NCBI GenBank assembly: GCA_036351255.1
Contig: JAZBOS010000109.1
Span: 64,039-128,038 of the forward strand
Direction: 5' to 3'
Length of the DNA: 64,000 nt
From: Bacteroides sp.
Lineage (GTDB): Bacteria > Bacteroidota > Bacteroidia > Bacteroidales > UBA7960
Under the pieces are notes generated by a model. That model had not been told where the DNA came from, ran no database searches, and saw only the letters and a program-made list of their open reading frames with translations. A program made the translations under genes and the position numbers. Positions within the stretch are counted from its first letter, which is position 1, and the number at the start of each line of letters is the position of its first letter. This document shows, piece by piece, positions 48,704 to 58,641 of the stretch.

Positions 48704-49449
48704 AAACCGGAATTATTTTTAAAAAGACCAATCGACCATTGGATATATTTGGCAAGGCTTTTAAGGATTTTCTAGATGGTGACACCAAAGCCCTAATAAA
48801 GGTTTATTTGGATGTTTCGGAGCCGGATGACCTGCCGGTGGCTTATTTTTTCAGGACCTATGAAGATATGCCTGTTTGGGAGCAGATCGCCCTGGATGCC
48901 TGCCGTGGAAAGGTTTTAGATGCCGGGGCTGGAGCAGGGGCGCATGCATTGGCCCTGCAGGAGAGGGGAATGGAAGTGGTGGCCCTTGATATCTCTCCCG
49001 GGGCCGTCGAGATGATGAAGGTCAGGGGCGTCAAAAACGCCCTATGCCAGGACTTCTTCCATTTTAAAGAAAAAGGTTTTGATTCCTTGCTTTTCTTGAT
49101 GAATGGCGCTGGAATGGCGGCCAACCTGGAAGGATTGCAGCGGCTGTTTCGCCACGCTCGTAAGTGGATGAACCCCGGAGGTCAAATCCTTGTAGAATCT
49201 ACTGACCTTATCTATCTTTTTGAAGAGGAAGACGGGGGTTATTGTATCCCTATGGGTGACCACTATTACGGGGAGGTTGTTTACCAGCTGGAATACAAGG
49301 GCAGGAAAGGGAAACCTTTTCCATGGTTGTTTGTTGACCCGGATAACCTGACGCATGCGGCCCAAAAAGAAGGTTTCTCCGTTGAGTTCCTTTTCCTTGG
49401 AGAAGACCGCAATTATTTAGCCAGACTTGTTCTGGAAAATCCGGTGTAA
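48673..49449 (+). CDS. Class I SAM-dependent methyltransferase, substrate unknown
   Basis: It has the SAM-binding motif VLDAGAGAGAHALAL. The start is ambiguous: TTG at 48673 (overlapping queA by 31 nt), TTG at 48739, or ATG at 48868. Confidence 0.7.
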   Translation: MPVLSEKIALETGIIFKKTNRPLDIFGKAFKDFLDGDTKALIKVYLDVSEPDDLPVAYFFRTYEDMPVWEQIALDACRGKVLDAGAGAGAHALALQERGMEVVALDISPGAVEMMKVRGVKNALCQDFFHFKEKGFDSLLFLMNGAGMAANLEGLQRLFRHARKWMNPGGQILVESTDLIYLFEEEDGGYCIPMGDHYYGEVVYQLEYKGRKGKPFPWLFVDPDNLTHAAQKEGFSVEFLFLGEDRNYLARLVLENPV

Positions 49450-49450
49450 G

Positions 49451-50134
49451 ATGGGAAAAGGGTTTCAGCGAAGGATCATTAAGACAGACGATGGCTCACA
49501 CTCCCTTGAGTTGGTGGGCCAAGGCGAACATTATCATTCCACATTTGGTGCGGTGCAGGAAAGCCGGCATGTATTTATTCAGCGCGGCCTGCTTAGCCTC
49601 CCCCATAAGGAAACCCCTATTCATATTCTTGAGGTGGGATTTGGAACGGGCTTGAATGCCCTTCTTACCTTTATTGAATCACAAAACCAGGGTATTCAGG
49701 TTCATTATTTTACACTTGAGCCTTTTCCGCTGGAGAGGGAAGAATACGAAGTGCTGAATTATCCTCAAATCCTTGAACAAGGCAAATATGCTGCCTGTTT
49801 TGAAGCTTTTCATCAATGCGAATGGGATAAGCCGGTAGAGATTGCCAAGGGTTTTTCTTTTCATAAGACCCGGTATGGTCTGAAAGAAGCCAAACTGTCC
49901 TCAGGATTTTTTGACTTGGTTTATTTTGATGCCTTTGGCCCTGACACCCAACCCGAATTATGGGAGCAGGCCTTATTCGAAAAGGTCTTCAACGCCATGC
50001 ACTCGGCTGGGGTGCTTGTCACCTATTGTGCAAAAGGGATGGTTAAAAGAGCCCTCCGGGCTTGCGGCTTTACCATTGAAAGACTTCCAGGACCTCCAGG
50101 GAAAAGGGAGATGACCCGGGCCGTGAAACCTTAG
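49451..50134 (+). CDS. mnmD: tRNA 5-methylaminomethyl-2-thiouridine methyltransferase, MnmD / MnmC methyltransferase-domain (DUF752) type
   Basis: It contains TDDGSHSL..HYHSTFGAVQES.HVF..ILEVGFGTGLN..DLVYFDAFGP..PELW and ends PGPPGKREM. The ATG at 49451 is 1 nt after the upstream stop. Confidence 0.75.
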   Translation: MGKGFQRRIIKTDDGSHSLELVGQGEHYHSTFGAVQESRHVFIQRGLLSLPHKETPIHILEVGFGTGLNALLTFIESQNQGIQVHYFTLEPFPLEREEYEVLNYPQILEQGKYAACFEAFHQCEWDKPVEIAKGFSFHKTRYGLKEAKLSSGFFDLVYFDAFGPDTQPELWEQALFEKVFNAMHSAGVLVTYCAKGMVKRALRACGFTIERLPGPPGKREMTRAVKP

Positions 50135-50268
50135 GTGGAATTTTTCTTAAGGATAAATCAAAAATCCTTGACGGCTTATTGCGGTTAAAAGATTTGTAAT
50201 TCAAATGAATTGAAAAAAGTATTTTTGTTTTATTTATAAGCTTTATACTTTATTCTTAATCCTTAAAT

Positions 50269-50727
50269 ATGTCTTCCTACGGTCATTTTGTTATTCGTGT
50301 TTATGGGCTTGGGATATACGATGATCATCTGCTTGTGGTGGATGAGTTCTGGTTTGATACTTTTATGACCAAATTTCCTGGTGGCGGGCTTGAATATGGG
50401 GAAGGAACCATCGATTGCTTGAAAAGAGAATGCATGGAAGAGTTTGGTCAGGAAGTAAAAGTACTGGAACATTTTTATACCACGGATTTTTTCCAGGAGA
50501 CAAGATTTCTACCTGGCAAGCAATTGATCAGCATTTATTATGTGATGGAAATTAAAAGCCCGCAGAAGATCAAAGTCAGTTCCAAAAAATTTGATTTTGA
50601 GAAAAAGGAAGGCTCCATGTCCTTTCGATGGCTGCCACTAGACCATCTAAGCCCAAACGAGTTAACCCTGCCTATTGATAAACTGGTGACGGAAAAGCTT
50701 TTGATCTGGCAGAAGAAAAAGCAGTAA
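50269..50727 (+). CDS. NUDIX hydrolase
   Basis: It has the Nudix box GGGLEYGEGTIDCLKRECMEEFG. Confidence 0.85.
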   Translation: MSSYGHFVIRVYGLGIYDDHLLVVDEFWFDTFMTKFPGGGLEYGEGTIDCLKRECMEEFGQEVKVLEHFYTTDFFQETRFLPGKQLISIYYVMEIKSPQKIKVSSKKFDFEKKEGSMSFRWLPLDHLSPNELTLPIDKLVTEKLLIWQKKKQ

Positions 50728-50889
50728 AATCTTTTTGTTCTTGATTGGCTGCCCGATACTAAATCGAAAAATAAGAACCAAAAGAAAGGTAAGTTACTGA
50801 ATTAAATCAGTGACTTCGACCCGTCGTTGGGTGGGGAAAGAAACTTCCTTTTTAAATAAGCAAATGAAATAAAGAAAAAACTCTGGAAG

Positions 50890-50971
50890 TGGGGGGAGGA
50901 GGATTCGAACCTCCGAAGGCTGTGCCAACAGATTTACAGTCTGCCCCATTTGACCGCTCTGGAATCCCCCC
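50890..50971 (-). tRNA. tRNA-Tyr (anticodon GUA), second copy
   Basis: Its reverse complement is identical over 82 nt to the tRNA-Tyr at 8006-8087. Confidence 0.9.
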
Positions 50972-50991
50972 AGAAATAAGACTGTAAAAAG

Positions 50992-51066
50992 TGGGACGTA
51001 CTGGAATCGAACCAGTGACCTCATGCCTGTCAAGCATGCGCTCTAAACCAACTGAGCTAACGCCCC
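50992..51066 (-). tRNA. tRNA-Val (anticodon GAC)
   Basis: I folded it by hand: acceptor GGGGCGT/ACGTCCC (one G-U pair), D arm GCTC..GAGC, anticodon stem CATGC/GCATG with loop TTGACAG, T arm ACTGG TTCGATT CCAGT. Confidence 0.85.
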
Positions 51067-51150
51067 GTTTTTTGAATTAGGGAATGCAAAAATAACAAAA
51101 AAACCTAATCAGGTAAAAAAAATGCGTGCTCTTGGTTTATTTTACCCGGG

Positions 51151-52686
51151 TTAAAGGGGGATATTCCCGTGTTTTTTCGCAGGGGCAGTTTCGCGCTTGT
51201 TCTCGCACATTTCGAGGGCCTGGATCAACTTGAGCCTGGTTTGCCTGGGATGGATGATCTCGTCAATATAACCCAGTCCAGCGGCTTTAAACGGGGTGCA
51301 GAAGGCTGATTTATAATCGGCCACTGCCTGGGTCCTCTGGATTTCATCCAGTTTATCCCTGTAAAGAATGCTTGCTGCCCCCTCTGGTCCCATTACCGCG
51401 ATCTCACCGGTTGGATAGCTGTAATTTACATCCCCGCCCAGGTGTTTGCTCGACATGACAATATATGCACCACCATAGGCTTTCCTTGTAATTACGGTAA
51501 TTTTTGGAACCGTGGCTTCGGCATAGGCATAAAGCATTTTCGCTCCGTGTTTTATTATTCCCCCATATTCCTGATCAGTACCGGGTAAAAATCCGGGGAC
51601 GTCCTCGAAGGTGACAATCGGGATATTGAAAGAGTCACAAAACCTTACAAATCGTGCAGCCTTCAAGGAAGCATTGATGTCAATTACTCCGGCAAGCATG
51701 GCAGGCTGATTGGCAACAATTCCAACAGGTTTCCCATTTAGGCGTGCAAAGCCAATGATCATATTCTGGGCAAAGTGTTGCTGCACTTCGAAGAAATTGT
51801 TATCATCAACCACTGTGGTAATGATTTCTTTCATATCGTAAGGCTTGTTGGGATCTTCCGGAACAAGGTTCGTAAGCTTCTCGTCCTGCCTGTGGGAAGA
51901 ATCGGTACAAGGTTTTACGGGTGGGTCCTCCATATTATTGGAAGGAAGAAAACTTAGCAATTCGCGAATCATCATCATGGCCTGCTGATCGTCATCGGCA
52001 GTGAAGTGTGCCACCCCGCTTTTGGCATTATGCGTCATAGCCCCGCCCAGCTCTTCCTTGGTTACCTCTTCGTGGGTAACCGTTTTTATGACATCAGGTC
52101 CGGTAACAAACATATAGCTGGTTTTCCGGGTCATGAAAATGAAGTCTGTTATGGCAGGCGAATACACAGCGCCTCCTGCGCAGGGACCCAGAATGGCAGA
52201 TATTTGGGGAACTACTCCGCTGGCCTGAACATTCCTGTAAAAGATATCACCATAGCCTGCCAGGCTCTCCACACCTTCCTGGATGCGGGCACCCCCACTG
52301 TCGTTCAGGCCAATGATAGGAGCTCCCATTTTCATGGCCAAGTCCATAATCTTCATGACTTTATTGGCGTTGGTTCGGCTAAGGGATCCTCCAAAAACTG
52401 TGAAATCCTGGGCAAACACATAAACCAGCCGCCCATCAATTTTACCGTAACCTGTTACAATGCCATCGCCTTCAATCTTTTGCTTGTCCATCCCAAAGTC
52501 TGTACACCGGTGAACAATAAATTTATCCAGCTCAACAAATGTTTTTGGATCCAACAGATCTTTAATGCGTTCACGCGCGGTTTTGCGCCCCGAAGCGTGA
52601 ATTTTAGCTATGCGTTCTTCCCCGCCACCCAATTCGGCGGCACGGTTCTTCTCTTCAAGTTCCCTGTATTTCTCTTTCAATGACAT
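51151..52686 (-). CDS. Acyl-CoA carboxylase carboxyltransferase subunit (propionyl-CoA carboxylase beta / methylmalonyl-CoA carboxyltransferase family)
   Basis: The 511-aa product shows full-length similarity to the PccB/12S family (GGARIQEG, ..FPGFLPG..). Confidence 0.92.
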   Translation of the reverse strand: MSLKEKYRELEEKNRAAELGGGEERIAKIHASGRKTARERIKDLLDPKTFVELDKFIVHRCTDFGMDKQKIEGDGIVTGYGKIDGRLVYVFAQDFTVFGGSLSRTNANKVMKIMDLAMKMGAPIIGLNDSGGARIQEGVESLAGYGDIFYRNVQASGVVPQISAILGPCAGGAVYSPAITDFIFMTRKTSYMFVTGPDVIKTVTHEEVTKEELGGAMTHNAKSGVAHFTADDDQQAMMMIRELLSFLPSNNMEDPPVKPCTDSSHRQDEKLTNLVPEDPNKPYDMKEIITTVVDDNNFFEVQQHFAQNMIIGFARLNGKPVGIVANQPAMLAGVIDINASLKAARFVRFCDSFNIPIVTFEDVPGFLPGTDQEYGGIIKHGAKMLYAYAEATVPKITVITRKAYGGAYIVMSSKHLGGDVNYSYPTGEIAVMGPEGAASILYRDKLDEIQRTQAVADYKSAFCTPFKAAGLGYIDEIIHPRQTRLKLIQALEMCENKRETAPAKKHGNIPL

Positions 52687-52700
52687 ATCATGAATCTTTT

Positions 52701-53228
52701 TTATTCAACATCTGTATATTCAATGACCACCAAAGGCTGGCGAGCCTCAACGGTTTGTCCCTCGACAACCTTGATTTCGCTTATCCTTCCGGCTTTCTTC
52801 GCCTTAAATTCACTCTCCATTTTCATGGCTGAGATGATTACAAGGGTTTGACCGGCTTCAACAGCTTCATCTTCCTTGACCAGTAACCTGACCACTTTCC
52901 CGGGAATGGGCGCAGAAACGACACTTTCACCATCATCATCCTGACCTTTCTTTCGACTGGCAAGGTATTTGGCTTCAGCATCAATGATCTCTACTTCAAA
53001 TGAGTTCTTCAGGGTGTTAACAACAAATCTTTTGATCCCGCCATTGGCTGGAATCAATTCAATGTTAAAGGACTTGTTCTGGTATATGACTGAATAACTG
53101 ACATTGCTGATCTTAACAAAATCAAGCTCAAATTCTTTACCGTCAACCGAAACCAGTACTTTGTTATCTTGCCGGCTTAGCAACTCAATGTTGGCTATCC
53201 GGTTATTCAATTTTACCTCGTATGACAT
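52701..53228 (-). CDS. Biotin carboxyl carrier protein (biotin/lipoyl attachment domain)
   Basis: Its C-terminus is ..[18 protein letters not shown].., which contains the AMKM biotinylation motif. Confidence 0.85.
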   Translation of the reverse strand: MSYEVKLNNRIANIELLSRQDNKVLVSVDGKEFELDFVKISNVSYSVIYQNKSFNIELIPANGGIKRFVVNTLKNSFEVEIIDAEAKYLASRKKGQDDDGESVVSAPIPGKVVRLLVKEDEAVEAGQTLVIISAMKMESEFKAKKAGRISEIKVVEGQTVEARQPLVVIEYTDVE

Positions 53229-53237
53229 ATCCTTTTC

Positions 53238-54743
53238 CTAGAGTTTAAAAACATTTCTTACCCTGTTGTAGTCTTTCCAGTTGTTCTTCAAGGCCGTCAT
53301 TTCTTTCGGGCTGGCTTTTTCCATCTTATCCAGGTATTCAATCAAAGCGGTAATCATCACGATCTCTTCACAAGAATTTTCACACCGGTCTTCTTTCATG
53401 AGAAATTCAAGGTTTTCCTGGATAAAGTGGGTATTGTAATTTCCCTTTATGAAATCATCAGCAAGAATAATTCGTTCAAGGAATTTTAAGTTGTTTTTCA
53501 CACCAGTCACCTTGAATTCCTTAATGGCCCGTAATGTCCTTTCAAGCGCATCATTCCGGTCGCGACCCCAAACGATTAACTTGGCAATCAGGGGATCATA
53601 ATAAAGGGGGATCTCAAAGCCTTCATAGATATATCCGTCAACCCTCACCCCAACGCCGTAAGGGATGTCAATATGACTCACTTTTCCAGGGGCGGGCATA
53701 AAGTTGTTTTCGGGATCTTCGGCATAAACCCGGCATTCGATGGCGTGTCCGTTCTGACTTAGTTCAGATTGCTTGAAAGCTAAAGGTAACCCATTGGCGA
53801 TATTGATTTGCTCTTTGACCAGGTCAACGCCCACAACCCTTTCAGTGATGGGGTGCTCAACCTGCAGGCGGGTATTCATTTCCAGGAAATAGTAATTGAG
53901 ATCATTGTCCACAATGAACTCAATGGTTCCTGCACCATCGTAATCCACGGCTTTAGCAGCTGCTACTGCGTGCGCTCCCATTTCTATCCTTTTGGCCTCG
54001 GTAAGAATGGGAGAAGGTGTTTCTTCAATGATCTTCTGGTGGCGCCTTTGCACCGAGCATTCTCGTTCAAACAAATGGATTACGTTCCCGTGTTTATCTG
54101 CCAGGATCTGGAACTCAATGTGGTGGGGCGATTCGATGTATTTTTCAATAAAAACGGAATCATCACCAAATGCTGTTCTTGCTTCCGAACGCGCAGACCG
54201 TAGAGCATTCTTGATCTCGCCGGGCTCCTTAACCAGCCGCATGCCCTTTCCACCTCCTCCTGCCGAAGCCTTGATCATCACCGGAAGGCCAATCTCTCCA
54301 ATGATCTTCAGGGCTTCGCTTTCACTGGAGATCTTCCCGGGTGTACCCGGCACAACAGGCACTCCCGCCTCCGTCATGGTCTTGCGGGCGGTGATCTTAT
54401 CTCCCATTTTTGAGATCGCATAGGGCGAAGGGCCAATAAAAATGATCCCTTCCTTCTGACAGCGTTCAGAAAACCCTGCATTCTCCGACAAAAATCCATA
54501 ACCCGGATGTATGGCATCAGCACCGCTGGCTTTAGCGGCTTCAATGATGTTTTTCCGGTTCAGGTATGATTCCAGGGAGGGAGAGGGACCAATATAATAC
54601 GCTTCATCAGCATAAAGCACGTGCATGGCCTTGCGGTCGGCATCCGAATAAACAGCTACCGTTTGAATGCCCATTTCACGGCAGGAGCGGATAATCCGTA
54701 CTGCAATTTCCCCTCGATTCGCCACCAAAACTTTTTTGATCAT
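53238..54743 (-). CDS. accC: Biotin carboxylase subunit of acyl-CoA carboxylase
   Basis: MIKKVLVANRGEIAVRIIR.., ATP-grasp motifs, and 501 aa. Confidence 0.95.
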   Translation of the reverse strand: MIKKVLVANRGEIAVRIIRSCREMGIQTVAVYSDADRKAMHVLYADEAYYIGPSPSLESYLNRKNIIEAAKASGADAIHPGYGFLSENAGFSERCQKEGIIFIGPSPYAISKMGDKITARKTMTEAGVPVVPGTPGKISSESEALKIIGEIGLPVMIKASAGGGGKGMRLVKEPGEIKNALRSARSEARTAFGDDSVFIEKYIESPHHIEFQILADKHGNVIHLFERECSVQRRHQKIIEETPSPILTEAKRIEMGAHAVAAAKAVDYDGAGTIEFIVDNDLNYYFLEMNTRLQVEHPITERVVGVDLVKEQINIANGLPLAFKQSELSQNGHAIECRVYAEDPENNFMPAPGKVSHIDIPYGVGVRVDGYIYEGFEIPLYYDPLIAKLIVWGRDRNDALERTLRAIKEFKVTGVKNNLKFLERIILADDFIKGNYNTHFIQENLEFLMKEDRCENSCEEIVMITALIEYLDKMEKASPKEMTALKNNWKDYNRVRNVFKL

Positions 54744-54779
54744 TCTTGTTAGTATTGGTTCTTAATTTTTTTAGGATGG

Positions 54780-54787
54780 CAAAATTA
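54780..54787 (-). promoter_or_regulatory. Candidate -7 promoter box (TAATTTTG on minus strand) for the carboxylase operon
   Basis: The plus-strand caaaatta matches TAnnTTTG and lies about 37 nt upstream of the ATG at 54743. Confidence 0.4.
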
Positions 54788-55224
54788 CTAAACAATTGTT
54801 TTAAACCAACAAATTTAATTTCTTTTTAAGAAAAATTGGGCGCGATAATCATTACAATCCTTGTTGACATTGGTTTCATCATTCCCTGTCGTGGCTTTTT
54901 AGTTCCAGTCCAGGCAATGTCATAACATAAATATAATATTTATTATGATTGTCTTGGAAATAACCGCTGGTTTTTTCTTCCCCAATAGGATGCCGATTTT
55001 GGTAAAAACTATAGAATAGACGGGTATTCCGGGACGATTTATTAACCAATTTCCTTTAGCTTTACCCGAATGCAATTCCACCCTTTGCTGTTTTGAAAAA
55101 AGCGGTCAAAAGGGGGCAAAGGCTGGTTTGAAAAAAATAGAAATAGTAGAAATTCCTTCCCCTATTAAGGGAAAACGGCAATTTCGGTGAGAAAAAACAA
55201 TAATGCTATCAGGCGCGTGAGCCG

Positions 55225-56727
55225 TTACTGCTCAACATATACATTCCCACTGGAATCCTTAAAGACCCTTTTGGAAGAACTTCCACCAAGAATTCCTAAG
55301 ACGACCAGGAGAATGATGGCGATAACAATCAGATAAGCGGCAATGATCATTGAGGCGAAAGAGGCTATTGCCGATACTACAAGAATCAACAGGAACCTCA
55401 GCAATCCCCATAATGCACCTGCCTTGATAAAGCTTTCCACAGCCGTAATAATAACCCCTAATAGCAAGATAATGAAGGCACTCCAAACGATCCAGGTATG
55501 CAGGGCATGGCCTTTGGGCCAGAACAAAGGGGTGTTGAAGAAAGCTTCTGTGTCATTCTGCCAGAACACCAGCAATGCACCCATGCCGGCACCAATGATC
55601 ATGGCACCCATCGCAGCCCATGGCGTTCCCGGATATTTACTGCGGTCGGCCTGGTAGATCAGGAACTCGTCAATGACCCGGAATTTTTTAATAAAAAGCC
55701 CGGCAAGTACCAGGATGCCCAAAAGAATGACCCAGAAATACCAGGACCTGAAGTTCATGTATTTCTCACCGAATCTTTCCATTGGAGATTGGGTAATGTC
55801 AATTCGGTTCAGATAACGTTCGGGTACAAACCCTGTTTTCCCGGGTTCCGGTTCAAAGCTTACCAGTCTTTCGTTATTTGCCGGGTTGACCATAGCCTCA
55901 GCATGGACAATGGTGTCGTTGCGCGAAAGGCTGCCAATGACTTTTGAGTTTTCATCCATTTTCTCACGGACGGGAAGAGAATTGGACGAGACGATGTAAA
56001 TGTATTCACGCTCGGGCTGCGGTGGTTCCTCGTAAGGGACCTTTGCCCGGAAAAGAGTATTGATTTCATTTTCTGACAGCGCCCTGTCGTAAAGCCTTAC
56101 TTCATCGATGCTCCCCTTATAAAAATGCTTGCTGCGGGGACAGGCTCCGATCAGGAAAAAGTCACTCCCGTGAATGATCTCGGCGGGCGCCGTGCGTTTC
56201 TTTTCATTGGCATAAACGGTGACAGTTTTTTTGTTCTGGTCGTAAACCACCGCTACAAAAGTCCAGTCGGCCCGGTCAATGGTCAGCGACCGGGTTTCGC
56301 CATTCCCGTCGTAAGCAAACAATTCCATATTCCGGTCATCGCTATTATACCTGACCTTCAGTGCCCTGTCAAAACCCCCGTCATCCTGTGAAAAAATGGA
56401 CATGATGGATTGTTTTTTTGGGGGATAATGACCGGTTTTGATCCAGGCCACAAAGGTCATCTCTGGCATTACAACCGGGTTGATGTCAATGGGAATTGTA
56501 ATTTGGTTCTTTTTCCCAACGAATCGAAAGGAGCCCCTGTTTTCTCCGGTAAAAACATCTTGGTCGGGCCAGACCCGTTTTACAATCCCGTGATTTTCAT
56601 TTCCGCTCAGATCGCGAGCGTTGCCTGAAAAGTCGTATTGCCCAATAAGACTTTCGGTTGGTTCTTGTGCGGATAAAAGGGTGAAGAGAAAAATAAAAAC
56701 TGAAAAAACAAATAAAGAATTTTTCAT
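55225..56727 (-). CDS. Signal peptide + LamG/ConA-like lectin domain + SH3b-like segment + C-terminal polytopic membrane domain protein
   Basis: The signal peptide is MKNSLFVFSVFIFLFTLLSAQ. The LamG hallmarks are FSGNARDLSGNENHG..FVAWIK..GSIDEVRLYDRALSENEI. The last ~170 aa contain roughly five hydrophobic helices. Confidence 0.7.
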   Translation of the reverse strand: MKNSLFVFSVFIFLFTLLSAQEPTESLIGQYDFSGNARDLSGNENHGIVKRVWPDQDVFTGENRGSFRFVGKKNQITIPIDINPVVMPEMTFVAWIKTGHYPPKKQSIMSIFSQDDGGFDRALKVRYNSDDRNMELFAYDGNGETRSLTIDRADWTFVAVVYDQNKKTVTVYANEKKRTAPAEIIHGSDFFLIGACPRSKHFYKGSIDEVRLYDRALSENEINTLFRAKVPYEEPPQPEREYIYIVSSNSLPVREKMDENSKVIGSLSRNDTIVHAEAMVNPANNERLVSFEPEPGKTGFVPERYLNRIDITQSPMERFGEKYMNFRSWYFWVILLGILVLAGLFIKKFRVIDEFLIYQADRSKYPGTPWAAMGAMIIGAGMGALLVFWQNDTEAFFNTPLFWPKGHALHTWIVWSAFIILLLGVIITAVESFIKAGALWGLLRFLLILVVSAIASFASMIIAAYLIVIAIILLVVLGILGGSSSKRVFKDSSGNVYVEQ

Positions 56728-56910
56728 TTGAGGAGTATTTTGTTTTACTGGTAGGCGAAAAGGGCAAATTGGTTGAGTAAATTTTAAAGGACAAACCTAA
56801 AAAAAAAATCTCAGGGAAGATGCATAAAATTTAATTATTTGAAAAACCCGGGAAAATTTATTCCCTTTCAGCCAAAGAAATTTGCTCAGCCCCCGAAAGG
56901 GCTTGCAACA

Positions 56911-57384
56911 TTATTCGTTGTGGTATGATTCGTTGCGAAGTATGGTAAACGCCCTGTAAAGCTGTTCTGTAAAGAAAAGGCGGGTCATCTGGTGAGAAAA
57001 AGTCATGGCTGAAAGCGAAAGTTTCATGCTGGCTTTTTGATACACAACATCGTCAAAGCCCCAGGCGCCCCCAATGACAAACAACAGGTTCTTCACAGAA
57101 TGGTTGAGTCGTTGTTGCAGAAATCCGGCAAATTCAACGGAAGAAAAAGTTTTTCCCCTTTCATCGAGCAATACGGAAAAATCAGCCTTTTCGATGTGTG
57201 TTAAAATGATTTCGGCTTCTTTTTGTTTCAGAAGGGCAGGGGGAAGAGCCTGGTGCTTTTTGGGCAGCTGGGTTTCTATAAGCTCAAAACTGGTATAATG
57301 AACCAGCCGTTTTCTGTAGTTTTCAATGCCTTCACGGAGATAAGGCTCATCGGTTTTGCCTATGGCAAGCAAGGTGATCTTCAT
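56911..57384 (-). CDS. rlmH: 23S rRNA (pseudouridine1915-N3)-methyltransferase
   Basis: MKITLLAIGKTDEPYL..YRKRL..LDERGK..SSVEFA..FVIGGAWGF..SLSAMTFSHQM is the SPOUT RlmH pattern. The start is set at the ATG at 57384. Confidence 0.9.
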   Translation of the reverse strand: MKITLLAIGKTDEPYLREGIENYRKRLVHYTSFELIETQLPKKHQALPPALLKQKEAEIILTHIEKADFSVLLDERGKTFSSVEFAGFLQQRLNHSVKNLLFVIGGAWGFDDVVYQKASMKLSLSAMTFSHQMTRLFFTEQLYRAFTILRNESYHNE

Positions 57385-57562
57385 CAGGTGATTTTGCCTC
57401 AAATTTAGGATATTATAGCCATTGTGCCAATGGTTTTTGCCTCAGCATTCATTTTGCATTATCTTTGCAGAGACAATATTGAACCTTTGGAGCAGAATAT
57501 TTTTTATTTTTTCCGGTTTGGTTCAGTTTTTGTTTAAGAATAGCTGTAATTATTTTACTATC

Positions 57563-57970
57563 ATGATCAGAAGGTTAATAACCCGCATTCTCCTGTATGT
57601 TATGTTCGTGCTGCCTGTATTGCCGGCCTTTGGACAGACGGACGCCATGGCCCGTGAGATCTCGCAGGCCATTCGGCAGGGCAATGCCCGCGAAATGTCG
57701 AAATATTTTGGACAAAATGTGGACCTGACCCTGCCGGGCAGTGAGGGTACATTCAGCAAATCGCAGGCAGAAGTAATCCTGAGGAATTTTTTCTCGAAAA
57801 ACGCTCCCAAGGAACTTTCGGTGAATCACCAGGGTAATTCACGCGATGGCTCGGTTTATGTTATCGGCACCCTTCAAACCCGTAACGGGCAAACTTTCAG
57901 GACCTATTTCCTGCTGAAAAAAGTGTCCGACACATTCAGGCTGCATCAGGTTCAGTTTGAACCACAATAA
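57563..57970 (+). CDS. DUF4783 domain-containing secreted protein
   Basis: It has the signal peptide MIRRLITRILLYVMFVLPVLPAFGQ and the body ..SKSQAEVILRNFF..HQGNSRDGSVYVIGTL..FRTYFLL. The start is set at the ATG at 57563. Confidence 0.7.
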   Translation: MIRRLITRILLYVMFVLPVLPAFGQTDAMAREISQAIRQGNAREMSKYFGQNVDLTLPGSEGTFSKSQAEVILRNFFSKNAPKELSVNHQGNSRDGSVYVIGTLQTRNGQTFRTYFLLKKVSDTFRLHQVQFEPQ

Positions 57971-58156
57971 ATATTTCGTTGTGCATCCAGTTAAAATCTT
58001 AAGTAGCTGTCTCAAAAGCAGGAGGCAGCCGCTTTTTTTTGCCTGAGCCGCACTGTCCCCGAACCTCAATCCACCTCTATTTTCAGAGCAATGACCCCGG
58101 GTATGAGCCATCATGCTAAACACGACAGATCCATGCCAGGGACATACCTGGCTCAT

Positions 58157-58221
58157 AGTTAATACGGAGTTTATTCGGTTTAAACCGAATAAACTCCGTA
58201 TTAACTCCGTATTAACTCCGA
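58157..58221. repeat. Repeat element C: 50-bp perfect palindrome plus 11-bp tandem units
   Basis: The segment 58157-58206, agttaatacggagtttattcggttt|aaaccgaataaactccgtattaact, pairs perfectly, which I checked base by base. The 11-bp units ataaactccgt / attaactccgt / attaactccga lie at 58189, 58200 and 58211. Confidence 0.9.
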
Positions 58222-58641
58222 ACATGGTCCGACCCGGTAAGGAGCGTGTCATGATAATATTTTTCCTGTTCTTATTGGCTCAATGGTGGTAAATAAAAGA
58301 TAATGAGTCATTTGCGAGTATGTCTCAGGTTGCTGGGTTTGTGAATAGGAGAGGTTCAACAAAAGTGGGCAATGTCGCTGATCAGGGGGGAGCCCGGGGA
58401 AAAAAGCAGTTTCCAAATTTTGTCGAAGTGGCATGAGAATAAAAAAGGCATAGTATGGAAATTATCAGTAAGGTTGACCTGCGATGGATCCTTGGTTCAT
58501 CTTATTGATTTTGGAAAAATCTGCTGAAAATCTATTCTGTTTTGTTTCCGAAGGGCGATTCTTTTTGACTATATTTATATTTTTGTATCTAAGCATGGAT
58601 AGAAGGGACTAAAATTATTCTCTAATTAAGCCAGGGTTCTG

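Noticed and set aside
50794-51037. Two ORFs of 61-79 aa on the minus strand
   Set aside because: They overlap the tRNA-Tyr and tRNA-Val genes, and the tRNA cloverleaves explain the region.
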